Assembly: GCA_030264375.1 (NCBI GenBank)
Contig: JASCQW010000043.1
Span: 60,953,606-61,017,605, forward strand
Length of the DNA: 64,000 nt
Direction of reading: 5' to 3'
Origin: Carcharhinus longimanus
Taxonomy: Eukaryota
Below are positions 12,186 to 25,528 of the stretch, one piece after another. Position numbers and translations under genes: made by a program. Numbering within the stretch: position 1 is the first letter of the stretch; every line of letters starts with the position of its first letter. The notes beneath the pieces are model-generated. The model saw only the letters and a program-made list of their open reading frames with translations, ran no database searches and had not been told where the DNA came from.

Positions 12186-13976
12186 TCTGAATTCTGTCTC
12201 AACTAATTTTCTGTGCATAACTGCTTTTTTTCCCTTTCACCTCAGAAGGAACTTTTAAAACAGTAGCAACTTATTCCTCTGTACAAGAAGCCAGGGACCT
12301 GATTGATGACGGTTCTTTTCTCTTAACCTCTGCGATCTCCAGGTGTCTGTCCTTATTCTGTCATCTAATTTTTTATTTACTTCAGTGCAGCATGGATCCC
12401 ACTGTAATGTAAGTACAGCATTTTTGTAATGTGCTCACCTTTTTGTGAACTGACCTGGCTCTTGACTCTGGGTCTTGTAATTGGTTTGCATTTTTACTCA
12501 CTCTCTTGTGATCTGACCTGGTTTATTCACAGTACATCACTTAGGATCTTGTGATTTCTTTTTGTGTTTTTGTGGTCTGATCAGGTTCTTCTTTTCTGCA
12601 TCACTTGGGGTCTTGCAGTGGACTGCCATTCCCTGACTTTTAAGTTTATAGCAAAGTTTCTTCAACTCAATTTTTCTTCTGAGGTGCACATCTCTGTTTA
12701 AGCTTTAGCTGTTTTCAGTCTTTCTTATCTTTAGCTTCTGTAATGGGCTAGTTGTTTAAAATGCAACTTTTCATTTCACCACTGATCCCCATGTTGTATG
12801 ATGGCACCACTGCTGAGCACCATTTTATGTTATGGGTTCTTTAGATGTCTCAGTGATGAGATTAATCTTTAACTAAATACAGTTCCCAGATATTGTGATG
12901 CAGACTGCTTCCACAGTGTTCTGTGGAGCTATTACCATGTGACTCTGTATATCATACTGTGGGCATTGCTATTCTCTAGTCCCACATTAACCTTTGCTCT
13001 GTCCAGCATCTTTACATTACCATGGTATTCACAACCATATACAACATCTCACAACAAGCTCCAACTCTACACTTGTCAGATGTACAAAGAATTTTGTTAC
13101 TTCCCCTAATTTGCTACCTTTTGAAAAATCCCTCTTTCCCTGAATGCAGTGGTCATGTTGGGATGTATTTGCAGCAGAAGTAAAACTCATCAACAGCTTT
13201 AAATGGCCATTTCTCATAACTGAGAACAGAGTCAATGTTCAAAGATTTTTTTTTTGCTCAGAGGTTGCTGCAAAGCAATTAGAAGCTCTCTGAATATTTG
13301 TTTATAAACCTGTTTGTAGCTATGTTCAGATGTTTCCCTACAGCAAGGTGATGTAAATTGATGCGTATTCCTCATCAAATGATGATTTTGAATGATGAGC
13401 CAGAAGCATAGCTTCTACCGGCTTTATTATCAATCACTAAGATTGATATCACTTGCCTAACCTCCTCTAGGTGTCTTATCTCATCAAATCATTTCTTGAC
13501 CAAAAGCAGATTTCTCCAACACCACCATTTAAAAACACTAGTTATGAGGGAAAGAAGGCACAGAATTAAGCCAGTATTTTCCAAACAAGTCCATTTGATT
13601 CGAAATTGAACTCCTATTACGTCAGGTCTGCTTTAAGCTGCAGAAACACAAATACTTTTGCGCAAGACAAAATTATGCCAAATGCTGTAATTTCCACCTC
13701 ACTTCTAAGCACTTCTATTTCTATCCAACCACCCATTCACTGTACTTGGGTACTAAACAAACTTTCGTACTAAAACAAAAACAGAAAATGCTAGAAAACC
13801 TCAGCAGCTCTAACAGCATCTGTGGAGAGAGATTAAAGCATTTCACAGAGAAATGGTTCGAGTCTGGGTGGCTCTTTCTTCAGAGCATGTTATTTTGTAC
13901 TTCATTTCATATTTGAATTGTGTAATCTTTTGTCTTACACACTAGATAATTTTGAAAATAATTCTATTGATTTTAG

Positions 13977-14121
13977 ACCAGATTCCATGACAAACAAGGT
14001 TAAAGTAAGTGTGTGTCGGAAAATACCAGTCAGAACAGGAAAGATGCTTCAAGTATCTGCACATTCTTTGAGATTTCCTGAACAAATCATCATATCTTCA
14101 GGCATCAGATCCTCAGTGCCG
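13977..14121 (+). CDS. Internal exon C of FAM186-like gene (PDSMTNKVKVSVCRK...GIRSSVP)
   Basis: ttttag acceptor matches phase 2 of exon B; donor ccg|gtattc, or alternative in-frame donor aaa|gtaagt after 14004; both give phase 0. Confidence 0.55.
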
Positions 14122-14132
14122 GTATTCTGATT

Positions 14133-16320
14133 TGTTATTTCATAAACAGATCCGTACGATCAGAGAAACAAATGCAGTATAACTCATGAATACAGATGTA
14201 ACTTGCAGTTATGTATTGCCTTTCAGAACCTTAGCATGCTCCACAGTGCTTCTCAACCCCACATAAGTACTTTTAAAGTGTCAAAACTCAATTCCACTCC
14301 TAAGAGTGCTTCAGGTACAATGTCAGAACGAGGAGTGTCAGTAGACCTGACATTCCCCTTTTTATATTCAGGTGAGGCTTTCTGATTGGGCAAGCAATTA
14401 TGACCTCAATCAGAGAGCTCATACGCCAAGAGTTCTCAAGTGCCTTGTTGAAGTCATTACATCTCCTCCACCCCAGATCCAAGGAATCTCAGCAGCTCAT
14501 GCACCATATGGGTCTGCTGCGCCATTCCAGCGCTGAGTCAGGATCCTCCACCTCGGTATCCAACATGAGAGTAACAGGCGCCCGTCTCTTACTACACAAG
14601 CGGCGGAGTTCTGATTTTCTCCGGGGGCAGAGGAGCAGCCATAGCTTCGTCCACAGTGTCCATTCAAGACTCTGAGGTCCTTACTCTAGCTGATGGAGAG
14701 GTGGGGCTGGCCAGTCTGGAAGAATATGTCTCGGTTCTCAGCCCGTTGGGCCGAGTTGACTCTGAGACAAACTCTGATTTCAAGGCCCGCAATTGGTCCA
14801 GATGGTTTTCTGGATGGCCTCACTCGTGTGTTCTGTAGGATACAGGCCCCGTCCTAAAGTTCACTGTTCCAGGTAACCATGCAGAATCATTTGCGTAATT
14901 CTTTACCCAAACCTTTTCACCAGCCTCCAATTGTCTATCCCAGCTGCTAGTGTTGTGGCCTTTGCATTGGGCTTCTTGTTGCTTTTCCACTCCCCACCAA
15001 TGGGGTTTGTCCAATAATTGAATAACCAACAGGACAGCTTGATGCTGCCGGTTGTTATTTAAACCAGATTTTAAAGTCTGGAATGCTCTTTCCATGAAGC
15101 CGTTTGACAATGGATGGTACGGTGCTGCCAAATATGTCGAATCCCTTTCAACTTCATGAACCAGTTGAACTCCTGGCTGGCGAAAGAGACCAGCACCTTC
15201 AGGATCCCATGTGTCGAGAATGAGATGAGAAGTTTCTCCACTGTTACTGTTGTGGTTACCAAATGTACTCTATGACATTCATCTACTTGGAGTGGCCGTC
15301 CACTACGATCAAGAACATCGAGCCCATGGATGGGCCTGCATAATCTATGTGCTGCTGAGTCCAAGGTCTACCTGGCCATCCCCATGTTGTAGGGGAGCTG
15401 CTGGTGGCAACTTCTGTGCCTGGTGGCATTCCTGGCACCAGCCCATGAGCATTGCTCTGTCTGCATCCATTCCAGACCATCAAACATAGCTTCTGGCCAG
15501 CATCTTCATTTTGGACACTCCTGGGTGGCCATGATGTAGTTCAGCAACATGAATGGCAGCCCTGACTCGGAACAACTGCTTGTGACCTACACAGTGGTAT
15601 TCCATCTTCTATTTGAGTTGCTTTCTTCTCCTCCAGTAAGGGTGGAATTGAGGTGGTACTTGTCTTTCCATTTGCTCCGTCAGTACTAAGTGTTTAACTT
15701 TTGTGAGCACAGGGTCTTTTTGTGTCCAAAGATGTATATTATGTGCGGCCATTGGGAGAGTATCCAGAAAATTCATAGTCATTACTGTCTTTTCTACTTT
15801 AAGTATAAAGTTTATTTATTAGTGCCACAAGTAGGCTTACATTAACACTGCAATGAAGTTAGTGTGAAAATTCCCTTGTCGCTACGCTGTGGTGCCTGTT
15901 CGGGTACACTGAGGAAGAATTTAGCACGCTCAATGCACCTAACCAACACGTCTTTCGGACTGTAGGAGAAAACCAGAGCAGCTGGAGGAAAACCACATGG
16001 GGAGAATGTGCAAACTCCACCCAGACAGTGACCCAAACTGCGAATCAAACCCGGTCTCTGGTGCTGTGAGACAACATTGTTAACCACTGCGCCACCACAC
16101 TGCCCATTGGTACTTGGGGTACTATCGGTGGGATGTCTGCTAAAAGTATCTTAGATAAGCATTTGCCACTTGGCCTTCCAGCCAGTGTGCCAACTGATAG
16201 TTGTAGGTGGCCAATAATATTAGCCCATCACTGCATATGGGCCAATCTATCAGTGGCACCACTTTGTCCTTTCAGTAGGTCCCAATAATGGCTTGTGAAT
16301 GTGACAATTCAAAGATACTT
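14133..16320 (-). mobile_element. Gypsy RNaseH/integrase fragment with 3' LTR
   Basis: HHGHPGVSKMKMLARSYV, WPGRPWTQQHIDYAGPSMGSMFLIVVDGHSK and APYHPLSNGFMERAFQTLK; PPT AAAGGGGGAA next to a TG..CA LTR at ~14133-14352. Confidence 0.85.
15798..16105 (-). mobile_element. Near full-length V-SINE type A inserted in Gypsy pol
   Basis: tRNA-like head at ~16100 and type A tail at ~15810; Gypsy sequence resumes on both sides. Confidence 0.8.
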
Positions 16321-17588
16321 GAAAAGGCAACATTGTGAATTGATAGAGGCCATTTAGTTTATTGATCATGGAATATTTTTGTGAATCCTCATATCTAATT
16401 TTGAGAACAATAGCCCCCTGTCAACTTTGCATATAAATCCTTGATCCAGGGAATCGGATATTTGTCCAGCTGTGAATAGTATTTTATTGTTTGTTTCAAA
16501 TTTCCACAGTAATGTACTGAACCATCTGGCTCCAAAATGGGCACAACCGGTGCTGCTCATTCCATGAATTGGATAGATTTCATTGTTAAGGCCCAAACCA
16601 GAAACTCCAAGGTGTTTTGTGAAGTTAACCTCGACCCTAAGTTTTACATTTGATTTGGTGAGCATGAGGTGTTACACTTCAGGTATGATACAGTTGACCC
16701 ACTAAGAAACTTTTATCAAAAAAAGTTTAGTTAAGAACACAGTTAGAATATAACAAAAAGAATTAGCATAACTTTTTACCAATTACAAGACTTAAACGTA
16801 CACAGTATAATTCTTAACAGCTAGCTGTCTCTCTTGTTCCAATTTTAAGTGATCCCTTTGCATAAGCTATATACAGCACAGTCCAATTTTGCAGAATAGT
16901 TGAAGAACCTATTCCTCAAGTAGGTCCAAGTATCCTTATTTGCCTATGCAGAAAGCCCAGTGTTTGCTTTCAGGATGAATGCTCTATACCTATACCAATG
17001 CAGTAGGTGCCTTCTTCCAGTTCCTAATTATGCCAGCTCAAACTCGTCACATTGAAGGATTAGGTGCAAGTTTAGTATGCGAAAAATAGGTGAACATTTT
17101 TATTGGAAAATCTCCTAAAAGTTAGATTTAGTTCATAATGTAATGATAGTTTGCAAGAATACTGCCTTTGAACAATGCACACGACCAGGGTGATCCCCAC
17201 ATAATTGTTTGAATTTGACTATAGTTGCTCCTTCCCTGGATTTATTTTGTTCTGGTTTTTATGGTTTATAATCCTTTTGTATCAAAAATTCTGTCTTCAG
17301 TGTTAATATTTGATTAAATAATAGGAATCAAGTGTCTTTATTCCAATGAAATGTTTGGGTTTGTTCTATAAACTTCATCTCAAGGTTTACCCAGTCAACT
17401 GGCATGACTGAAGTCAATAGTTCAAACACTAAGTGAATCATCCATCCTTATAAGTTCAGCTATCAAGTGTTCTACAATTCAGTATTTTTCCATAACAAGT
17501 TTACACACAAAAAAGTATGTTGGATTATTCAGGTTCGAACATCAAATGATAAAATACTTCCAAACATTCCCGAATGTTTTGTTTCTAG

Positions 17589-17809
17589 AAATTAACAGGT
17601 CTTACGAGGAGCAACCGTGAAGAGTTACAAGATCTTTCTTCTCATGGCAATAAAATTTCAGGGTCTGTTGAGAACTACCTGCAGGGCATATGGAAGACGC
17701 AAATCGATAACACAGAGCCTGCAACACCATGCAGAAAAGTAATTTTCACCACACCAAGAATTCTAGAAATAGAATTAAAAAGAATTGGAATTGCTGATCG
17801 AAAAGTCAG
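17589..17809 (+). CDS. Internal exon D of FAM186-like gene (KLTGLTRSNREE...GIWKTQ...TTPRILEIELKRIGIADRKV)
   Basis: ttttgtttctag acceptor, ag|gtaac donor, 221 nt open, phase 0-2. Confidence 0.7.
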
Positions 17810-18399
17810 GTAACACAGCTAATGAGAAGTTATACAGACTCCACGTAATGTAGTGCGTGGGGTTCATGTCTTGAGACCAAGTTATAGACAATAGCTTTCA
17901 AAAATACCAAGCCAGAAAAATAAAACAAAATTAACAGTATTGATTTAAATTACATTTTATTTCTCCTCATAACAGAATTATGAATATGAATGTACAATCA
18001 GACTATTGAAATCCACAGAAAGTTATTATTTTCATTGAATGGTTGGATGTGTGTTGAAGAAGTTAGTAATTTTAACTATTCAGCTTTACTCCTCTGTCTT
18101 TGCTAAAAGTAAGATGATCTTACATTTGTGTCACACTTGCAGCAGTAGATTTCTAACCACATGCGATTCTTCTAGGTCTTCAACATCTGTGATCATCTCA
18201 TTGGAAGTTTCTTAATCATATTCAGCCATGAATTGATGTTGTCAGTATCTAAATCAGCTCCAAGTATAGACCAGGCATTGTTTAAAATTGTGGGCACTGA
18301 TTCCATCATAATCCACAACATGCTTCCAAGTAATTCTTGGTTCTGAATATAAAGCTTAGGGTATGCTTGCAGGGGTTATTGATAATGCTGATTAACATT

Positions 18400-18650
18400 A
18401 TTCTTTATTCATTCAAGGGATGTAGGCTCCGCTGGCTGGTCCTGCATTCACTGCCCATCTCTAATTGCTCTTGAGAAGCTGGCAGTGAGCTGACTTCTTA
18501 AACTGCTGCAGTCTATGTAGTGTAGATACACCCATAGTGTTGTTAAGGAGGGAGTTCTCGTATTTTGACCCAATGACAGTGAAGGAGTGGTAATATATTT
18601 CCAAGTTGGGATGGTGAGTGGCTTGGAGGGTAACTTCCCGGTGTTGGTAT
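18400..18650 (-). mobile_element. CR1-group LINE 3' end
   Basis: Reverse complement of the tail at 1555-1682; similar to 21240-21490. Confidence 0.7.
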
Positions 18651-18651
18651 T

Positions 18652-18875
18652 TGTTATATACTTAAAAGAGTTGCAGGTTGCTTTAAGAGATGATTATGTG
18701 ATTTGATGGTGACGTCCTTAGGGTGTTTGCACAGGCTGCTGATTCAGTTTCTGTTTCTCTCTGTACAGGCAAAAGTTCCTAGAATAAATCTGTTGTTACT
18801 TTGAGTCCATGTATGCAAACCACATATTTTCCTTTTGAGCAAAAATCCATTCCCCTATCATATTAGGACATTACA
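18652..18875 (+). mobile_element. Possible solo LTR
   Basis: TGTTAT...ATTACA ends, internal AATAAA; no clear target-site duplication. Confidence 0.35.
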
Positions 18876-19293
18876 GAAAGACGGTTGACAATGAGATGGA
18901 ATTTCTTTTCATTGTGAACATTGAGAGAAGATCTGCAGTGGGAGGAAGAAAAACTATGATCATCACACTTCAAATGTTAGAAAGCTGGGAGAAGCAACAA
19001 CAAGATTAAATTTAAGTGCTGGTGAAGAAGTAGCTCTGTGTGGTACATAAGGAAAAACAACAGCAGAACTATTGCATCATCATTCCTCATTTTTATGTCT
19101 GATCTTGATGATTAAAATTAATAATTAAACTTGTAAAAAATAAGTGGATCTTGCAGTAATTCCAAATTTCCAATTTAGCATTGAAGTATAGATATAATTG
19201 AGTCTACTATTTTCATATTACCTGATGATATTCTGATAGGAGAATTTGATCTGTTTAATAAAGTTATAAACAAACTCATTGTTATCAATATAG

Positions 19294-19430
19294 TTTTAAG
19301 ATACCACAGCCGACACTTGGAGAAGATAAAAGAGAGAATTTTTTAGCATGTAACAAGCTCCGAAGTAATACAGCAAAGTACCCAACTTTGCAACATGTAC
19401 CTTTACTAAAGAGTACCTGTGAAATTGAAG
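19294..19430 (+). CDS. Internal exon E of FAM186-like gene (FKIPQPTLGEDKREN...KSTCEIE)
   Basis: aatatag acceptor, aag|gtaagc donor, 137 nt open, phase 2-1, exactly bridging exons D and F. Confidence 0.65.
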
Positions 19431-20175
19431 GTAAGCAACTTTATTACACAGCTTGGTACAACTTTTATGAATTAGCCCTGTAAAGTTTGACAGTGAGAGC
19501 TCTGAAGGTGCCTGGGAGGTGCACTTATACCCTCCACAGATTTTTATTCTTACAGTTGGAACAAACTCTATTCTGTATACATTAGATTTGCAAATATGCA
19601 CTTCTATAAGGGCTATGATTCATGAGTTATAAGTTTATTTACCCTCCTACAAATGGTGAAAACATAGACCCAATATAGAGCAAATGAACCTTTGCTGTGT
19701 ACCAGTAACATAGCTGAAGCAATTTTTAAAAAATGTCACTAGACAGAAACTCATGAAGGTATGACCACTTTTTCACAAGCTGACTTTCCAGACGTGGAGC
19801 ATTCCTTTGAGGACAATTTCACAAAAATATTATTTAAAATGTATGTGTAATAGTTTAGTTCAAAGGTGATTTGCTACAATTTTAATAGCTACTTGTAAAC
19901 TTACCAATATCCATGCTTTGATTATCATGTGTTTTACTGCAGTTCACTAAGTCTAGATAGGAGATTGGCAAAATATCTGAACACCAGACCATCAAAGAGC
20001 ACACTTACAAGTTCAGACCTAGGATGCAATCTAGATTCCTGAAGATTTCCAAAATGTTATTGTTTTTCAGATTCTTTATGATCGAAGCTAGTATGTGATG
20101 TTTAGTTGATGGGAATTAAAGATGTATCTTGTATTTTATCATGTTATCATGTTACTTTTTATTTTGTTTTTATAG

Positions 20176-20247
20176 AATTGCATACACACAAACTTCCTCC
20201 GATAAACACTTCATCTGAAGCTAACCTTAGACTCCATAGCAGGAAAG
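20176..20247 (+). CDS. Exon F of FAM186-like gene (ELHTHKLPPINTSSEANLRLHSRK)
   Basis: Strong ttttgtttttatag acceptor, aag|gtatgc donor, phase 1-1; the frame also stays open to a stop at 20432 if unspliced. Confidence 0.6.
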
Positions 20248-20622
20248 GTATGCCTAATTCAAAACTGCTGAATGTAGAAAAAATTGAAGGCTTCAAATTT
20301 CCTGTGCTGCTGTGTCAGGAAACTGGAATAATTTTGGCAGCAGGAAAGGAAATTGAAACAGGAAACTTTCCTGCCAGACCACTACCCACAAAACCACTTA
20401 ATGTGACCCATGCTGGAAATGTGCATCGGTAGATGTTGAATCAGCAGAAAATTAGCATCACTTCAAAAATTGCCCTTAATGAAACATAACAGAATTATTT
20501 GTTTGTCCTTCTTTCTTAATTTGATTGTACAAGCATTTACTGTTGCAATATTTCACAACACAATATTTCACAGTTCAAAAAGCTAACAATGCAGCCTATG
20601 TCACCACAGTATCAAAAGAATT

Positions 20623-21230
20623 GGGCGGGGTTTTCTGTATTGGAATGGGACTCAGAGATCTGGGTAAAATGCAAGTCTTAACCCCACACCATGGCAGGAA
20701 CAGTAACCAAACATCAATTTTTACTCAAGTGGGCAATTAATGGCCAGAGTGTGTACTCACTGGCCAATAGCACACCTTCCAACACTGAAGTAGCAGCAGC
20801 CTGCCAATACAAAAGAAAGCACCTTGAGGTGCCATCTCAGCACTTTTAACTTCTCCACAGACGGCCTAAAGCCACAACCGTGCCCCCTGTAAGCAGGTAT
20901 CAGAACTGTTAGAGGGTGAGAGCTTCAAAGTAATCCTGGAGCACATATTCCAGGTCTGCCATTGAGAAGCTGCCTCCAGGCATCAGTTATGCTTCTACAT
21001 TAAAGTGGGCCAAACAGGCTGCCAGGAAAATTCCAGTCAACCTTTGGTCAATGGCCTTTATTGACGTCTTAAACCTCAATTTTATTGAGGTTTTAATTGA
21101 TTTAACATGGTATCTGCTGCTTGTGGATGAGTAGCCATTCCATGCCTGATTGGACTTCCTGGAAAATGGCTGAGAGTCAGGATCATGGTATGGAACCAGC
21201 AAGTTGGCCAGTGACAGGAAATTCAGCGTC
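20623..21230. mobile_element. MITE-like non-autonomous element
   Basis: Imperfect inverted ends GGGCGGGGTTTTC...GAAATTCAGCGTC; similar-looking segments near 25150-25490, 30085-31025 and 33241-33670. Confidence 0.35.
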
Positions 21231-21239
21231 TGCTTCCCC

Positions 21240-23885
21240 CATTCTATTTTTTATTCTTTCAAAGGTTGAGGGCATTGCTGGCTAAGCCTGTGTTTATTGC
21301 CCATCCATAATTGAGACGGTGGTGCTGAGCCACCTTGTTGAACCACTGCAGTTCATTTTGTGTAGGTATATCCATAATGCTATTAGGGAGTACCACAAAT
21401 CTGACCCAGTGACTGAAGAAACCGTGCTATAGTTCCAAGTCAGGATGGTCTGTGCCTTGGAGAGGAACATAATGGTGGTGTTCCCATGCACCTGCTGCCC
21501 TTGTCTTTCTGGATGGTAGTGGTTATGGGATTGGGAGGCGCTGTCTAAAAATCCCAGGTGAATTCCTGCAGTGCATTCTACAGGTTGTACACACAGCTGC
21601 CACTGTGCATGGGTGGTGGAAGGAATGAATATTTGTGGATGGGGTGCCAATCAAGTAGGTTGCTTTATCCTGGATAGTGTCAAGCTTCTAGAGTGTTGTT
21701 GGACCAGCACTTATCCAAGCAAGTCCATCACATCCTTGATTTGTGCCTTGTTAGATGGTGGACAGGCTTTGGGAAGTCAGACAGGCTTTGTCACCCAGTT
21801 CCAGTCTCTGACTTATTCTTGTTGCCACAGTTTCTGGTCCAGTCTCTCCCCCTGCCGCCTGCTTCTCCCCAGAATGTTGATAGTAGGGGATTCAGTGCTA
21901 GTAATGCTATTGAATGTCAAGGAGAGATTGATATTGCCTGGCACTTTTGTGGTGTAAATGTTATTTGCCACTTACCAACCCAAGCCTGAATATTGTCAGG
22001 CCTTGCTGCATTTGGCTGTGGACTGCTTCTGTTTCTGAGGAGTCGTGAACATTGTGCAATCATCACTGAATATCCCCACTTCTGGTGTAGGGAAGGTCAC
22101 TGATGTTTCAGCTGAAATTGGTTGGTTAATTCATTTTCGGACTAAGTTTTTAAGGAAATTAGGAGAAAGGTGGCCCTAGCGAAACCCAAATTGAGCATCC
22201 ATGAGCAGGTTGTTGCTGAGTCAGTTCTGCTTCAATTGAGTGTTCTGATGGGCCGGGAATTGGCTAGGTTGGCTTTGTCCTGTTTCTTGTTAACAGGACA
22301 CAGGTAGATGCCAGTGTTGTAGCTGTGCTGTGACAGCTTGGCTAGAGGTGTAACTTTTCAGTATTTCTGGAGCACAAGTCTTCAGTACTATTGGTGCAAT
22401 ATTGTTAGGGTCCATAGCCTTTACAGTTTCCAGTGCCTTCAGCTGTTTCTTGATGTCACATGGAGTAATTGGAATTGTCTGCGCTCTCATCTGTGATGTT
22501 GGGGATCTAAGGAAGGGGCTGTGTTGGATCATCCATTTAGCAATTCTAGCTGAAGATTCTTGCAAATGCTTCATTCCTTACCTTTTGCACAGATGTGTTG
22601 GGCTCCCCATCATCATGGGGATGCCTGTGGGGCCTCCTCCTTCAATGAGTTATTTAATTGTTCACCACCATCCATGACTGGATGTGGCAGGTCAGCAGAG
22701 CTTAGATTTGATTCATTAGTTGTGTAATCTCATAGTTCTGAACATCACTTGCTGTTTCTGCTGTTTGGCATGAAAGTTGTCTTGTGTTATCTCTTCATCA
22801 GGTTGACTGCTCATTTTTAGAAAGGCCTGGTGCTGCTCCTGGCACACATGTCCTCCTGCACACTTCACTAAACCAAGATTAATCCCCTGGCTTGGTAGTA
22901 ACAGTAAGATGGGGGATATGCCCGGCCATGAAGTTACAGATTGTGATCGAGTACAATTCTGCTGCTGCTGCTGTCAGTCCACAGTACCTCACAGTTGCTC
23001 AGTCTTGAGTTGCTAGATCTGATCGAAATCTATCCAATTTAGCAAGATGGTAGTGCCGCACAACACAGTAGAGAGTATCCTCAGTGCGAAAATGGGATGC
23101 TGTCTCCACAAGGGCCAGGATGTTTTGCTCCCGTTCTTCTTGTGGGGGTTTGGTAATGAGAGTGGAAAATCTCACGAGATGTCCAAATTGTGTTTCACGT
23201 GGGTGGAAAATCTTATCATGATAGTCCCGCCAATGATGTGGAATCCCAACATTGATCATTATAATAAATTTGAATATCCTTATCTAGTCTGTGTTTGATA
23301 ATCCTGCCCCCAGTAAGATAATCTACTCACGTCAGCATGAATTACCACTGGTCTCCCATGGCGAGTAGACCTCTCAGATGAATGCATCACCCAGAGGGGA
23401 CAGAATCATGCCTGGGCAAGGGGTGGCTGTGTTTGAGAAGTTCCGAGTGAACTTTTGTGCACTGAGGCAACCTTTAAAAAAGGTTCACCCCAACCTTTAA
23501 AAAACTAAGTTGCTGGTGCCAGCTATGTCATGGGAACTGTCTTTTCAAGTTCTTTTCTCCATCTCCCAAAGAATACAGCAGAGAAAATCGCTGTTGGTCC
23601 CTCCAACTTCAATATAGCTTTTCCCACACGCTGTCACACTCTACCAAAAAAGATCAAATCCTGGAAGATGCAATGGTCATTCCTACCAATAATGTCATAC
23701 AGTCGTGGACTAATGCATCTGCAACAAAAGATTGGTGAGGATGAGGTGAAGTAGGTTTATCCTTCTTGCTAATTCTGTCACCACCAGCCACAGACTCAGT
23801 TCTAGTAGCTATGTCCTTTAAAATTGGTCAGTACCGATGATACCGAGTCACTCTTGGTGATGGATATTGAAGTCCTGCACCCAGA
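21240..23885 (-). mobile_element. Decayed CR1-group LINE ORF2 with an internal insertion (~23112-23730)
   Basis: ITPCDIKKQLKALETVKAMDPNNIAPIVLKTCAPE RT-proximal motif; 3' tail at ~21240-21350. Confidence 0.75.
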
Positions 23886-24179
23886 ATACAAAGAACAAAA
23901 CAGCCCAGGAAACAAGCCCTTCGGCCCAACGAGCCCGGGCCGCCATTTTAACACCACCAGTCCACCCCTCCACCCATGACCCTTATCTATTGTTTTATGG
24001 CCATCCACATTGAGGGAAACTAATTTAGGGACAATTTATTANNNNNNNNNNNNNNNNNNNNNNNNNNNNNNNNNNNNNNNNNNNNNNNNNNNNNNNNNNN
24101 NNNNNNNNNNNNNNNNNNNNNNNNNNNNNNNNNNNNNNNNNCCGGCCAAAATGCATCACCTCACATTTATCCATTCTGT

Positions 24180-24770
24180 GTCCTTGCCACCTTCAGTACT
24201 TCATTCAAATGGTGTTCAAATTCATTATCAACTGCCCCCCATCCACCCCCTACCATCACCTGAAACCTTTCCACATCACCCTAGAACCCATCACCGTTAT
24301 CCTTCAAATGCCTTCCTTCCTCAGAGTCCACAACTGTCACAGTATCCATACCCCGCCGAGCCCTGTCCATGTCATACCATGTGAAAAATCCTTAACCCCA
24401 AGAATGACCCCGTTTCTGATGAAAGTGACTTCCACCACATCTGGACCCTCAACCTCCCACCTACCATATCTCACTACCCTTACTTACATCACAGTACTTT
24501 CCTACTACCAGTACCCTTGGTTCGCTCACAAGATTCCAGCATTGATGGCACTGATCCCTCCCTCTGAACCCCATCCCACTCCCATCAAGCCTTCCTTATG
24601 CCTCCGTCTCAACTTCTTGTCTTCCAGCATCCTCTCCTTGCGTGTTTCAACCACTCCCATATCTTCCCACCTCTGCCCCAATCATCCAACAACCTCCCAC
24701 TTTGTGTGTACCATACCCATAGTTGTGTGCTCCTCCAGTGCTCCAAGCGACAGCTGCTCGGGTAAGTAAT
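24180..24770 (+). mobile_element. Probable L2-type LINE endonuclease-region relic
   Basis: Strongly C-rich, decayed sequence typical of L2 ORF2 5' region; no intact motif. Confidence 0.35.
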
Positions 24771-25528
24771 CTTAATTCCCTCACCATGTACACACGGGAT
24801 TTGTCTGATTATTAATTGGACGAGCATGAATTCCCTCTGACAGAGTGGAACAAATGCTTGCGAGGGGACAATTCCTGTTAGTTGGTGTTTTAATTAGCAC
24901 GCAGGAGATGTAAATTCGGTTCCTGCCAAGCTTCAGTGGGAAAATAACCCGCCATGACAGTTGGGACTGCATGTCACCATTTGCCATTTCTTGCCATCAG
25001 AAGATCAATTCTTTTCATTCCAGTATATTCTCTGTCCTCCAGCAGGGTTCCAGTAGAAAGTGCTTCATTAATTCTAATTTTCAGCTTCAATCTGTTTGCT
25101 TTATGTTAGAAGGGCTGGGTATATAAAAAGTTTCAGCTCATGGTACTTTGTGTGGGATTTTAGGCCCCTTTGGGGCTGGAATGGAGGCAGGTAATTATGG
25201 AATTTCATTTAACTGAGCAGTGTGTCAGCATTATCCCTCCTTTGAGCCATTTTCCAAAATGAAGGACAGTGAGCCAGCCACCTGAGAATGATGGGTAACC
25301 CCCTGAAGCACAATATAGGTTTATTGTCAACTGGAATTTTGCAGTTGGTTCCAAGTCTCCCGAGATGTCAGGGACTAGGCCAGCTACATGGAAGAGGCCT
25401 CCCAATAGCAAACCAGGGGCAGTTTTACATACAGGCTTGGTACCCCCCACATTTGACCTTGAATTCTAAGATCAAAGTCCTGTCATAGGTATCAACTTGA
25501 TTGTCACTGATTATTGGGTTTCATTCAA

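Larger units (their letters stand above)
3545..13050 (-). mobile_element. Old, fragmented outer Gypsy-type LTR retrotransposon hosting nested insertions
   Basis: Polypurine tract (tccccctttt on +, ~3553); gag-like remnants on minus strand (DQYLTTFDEIIKGFDSYF ~11270; AKLEELKNKIQAVH ~10480); limits approximate. Confidence 0.45.
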
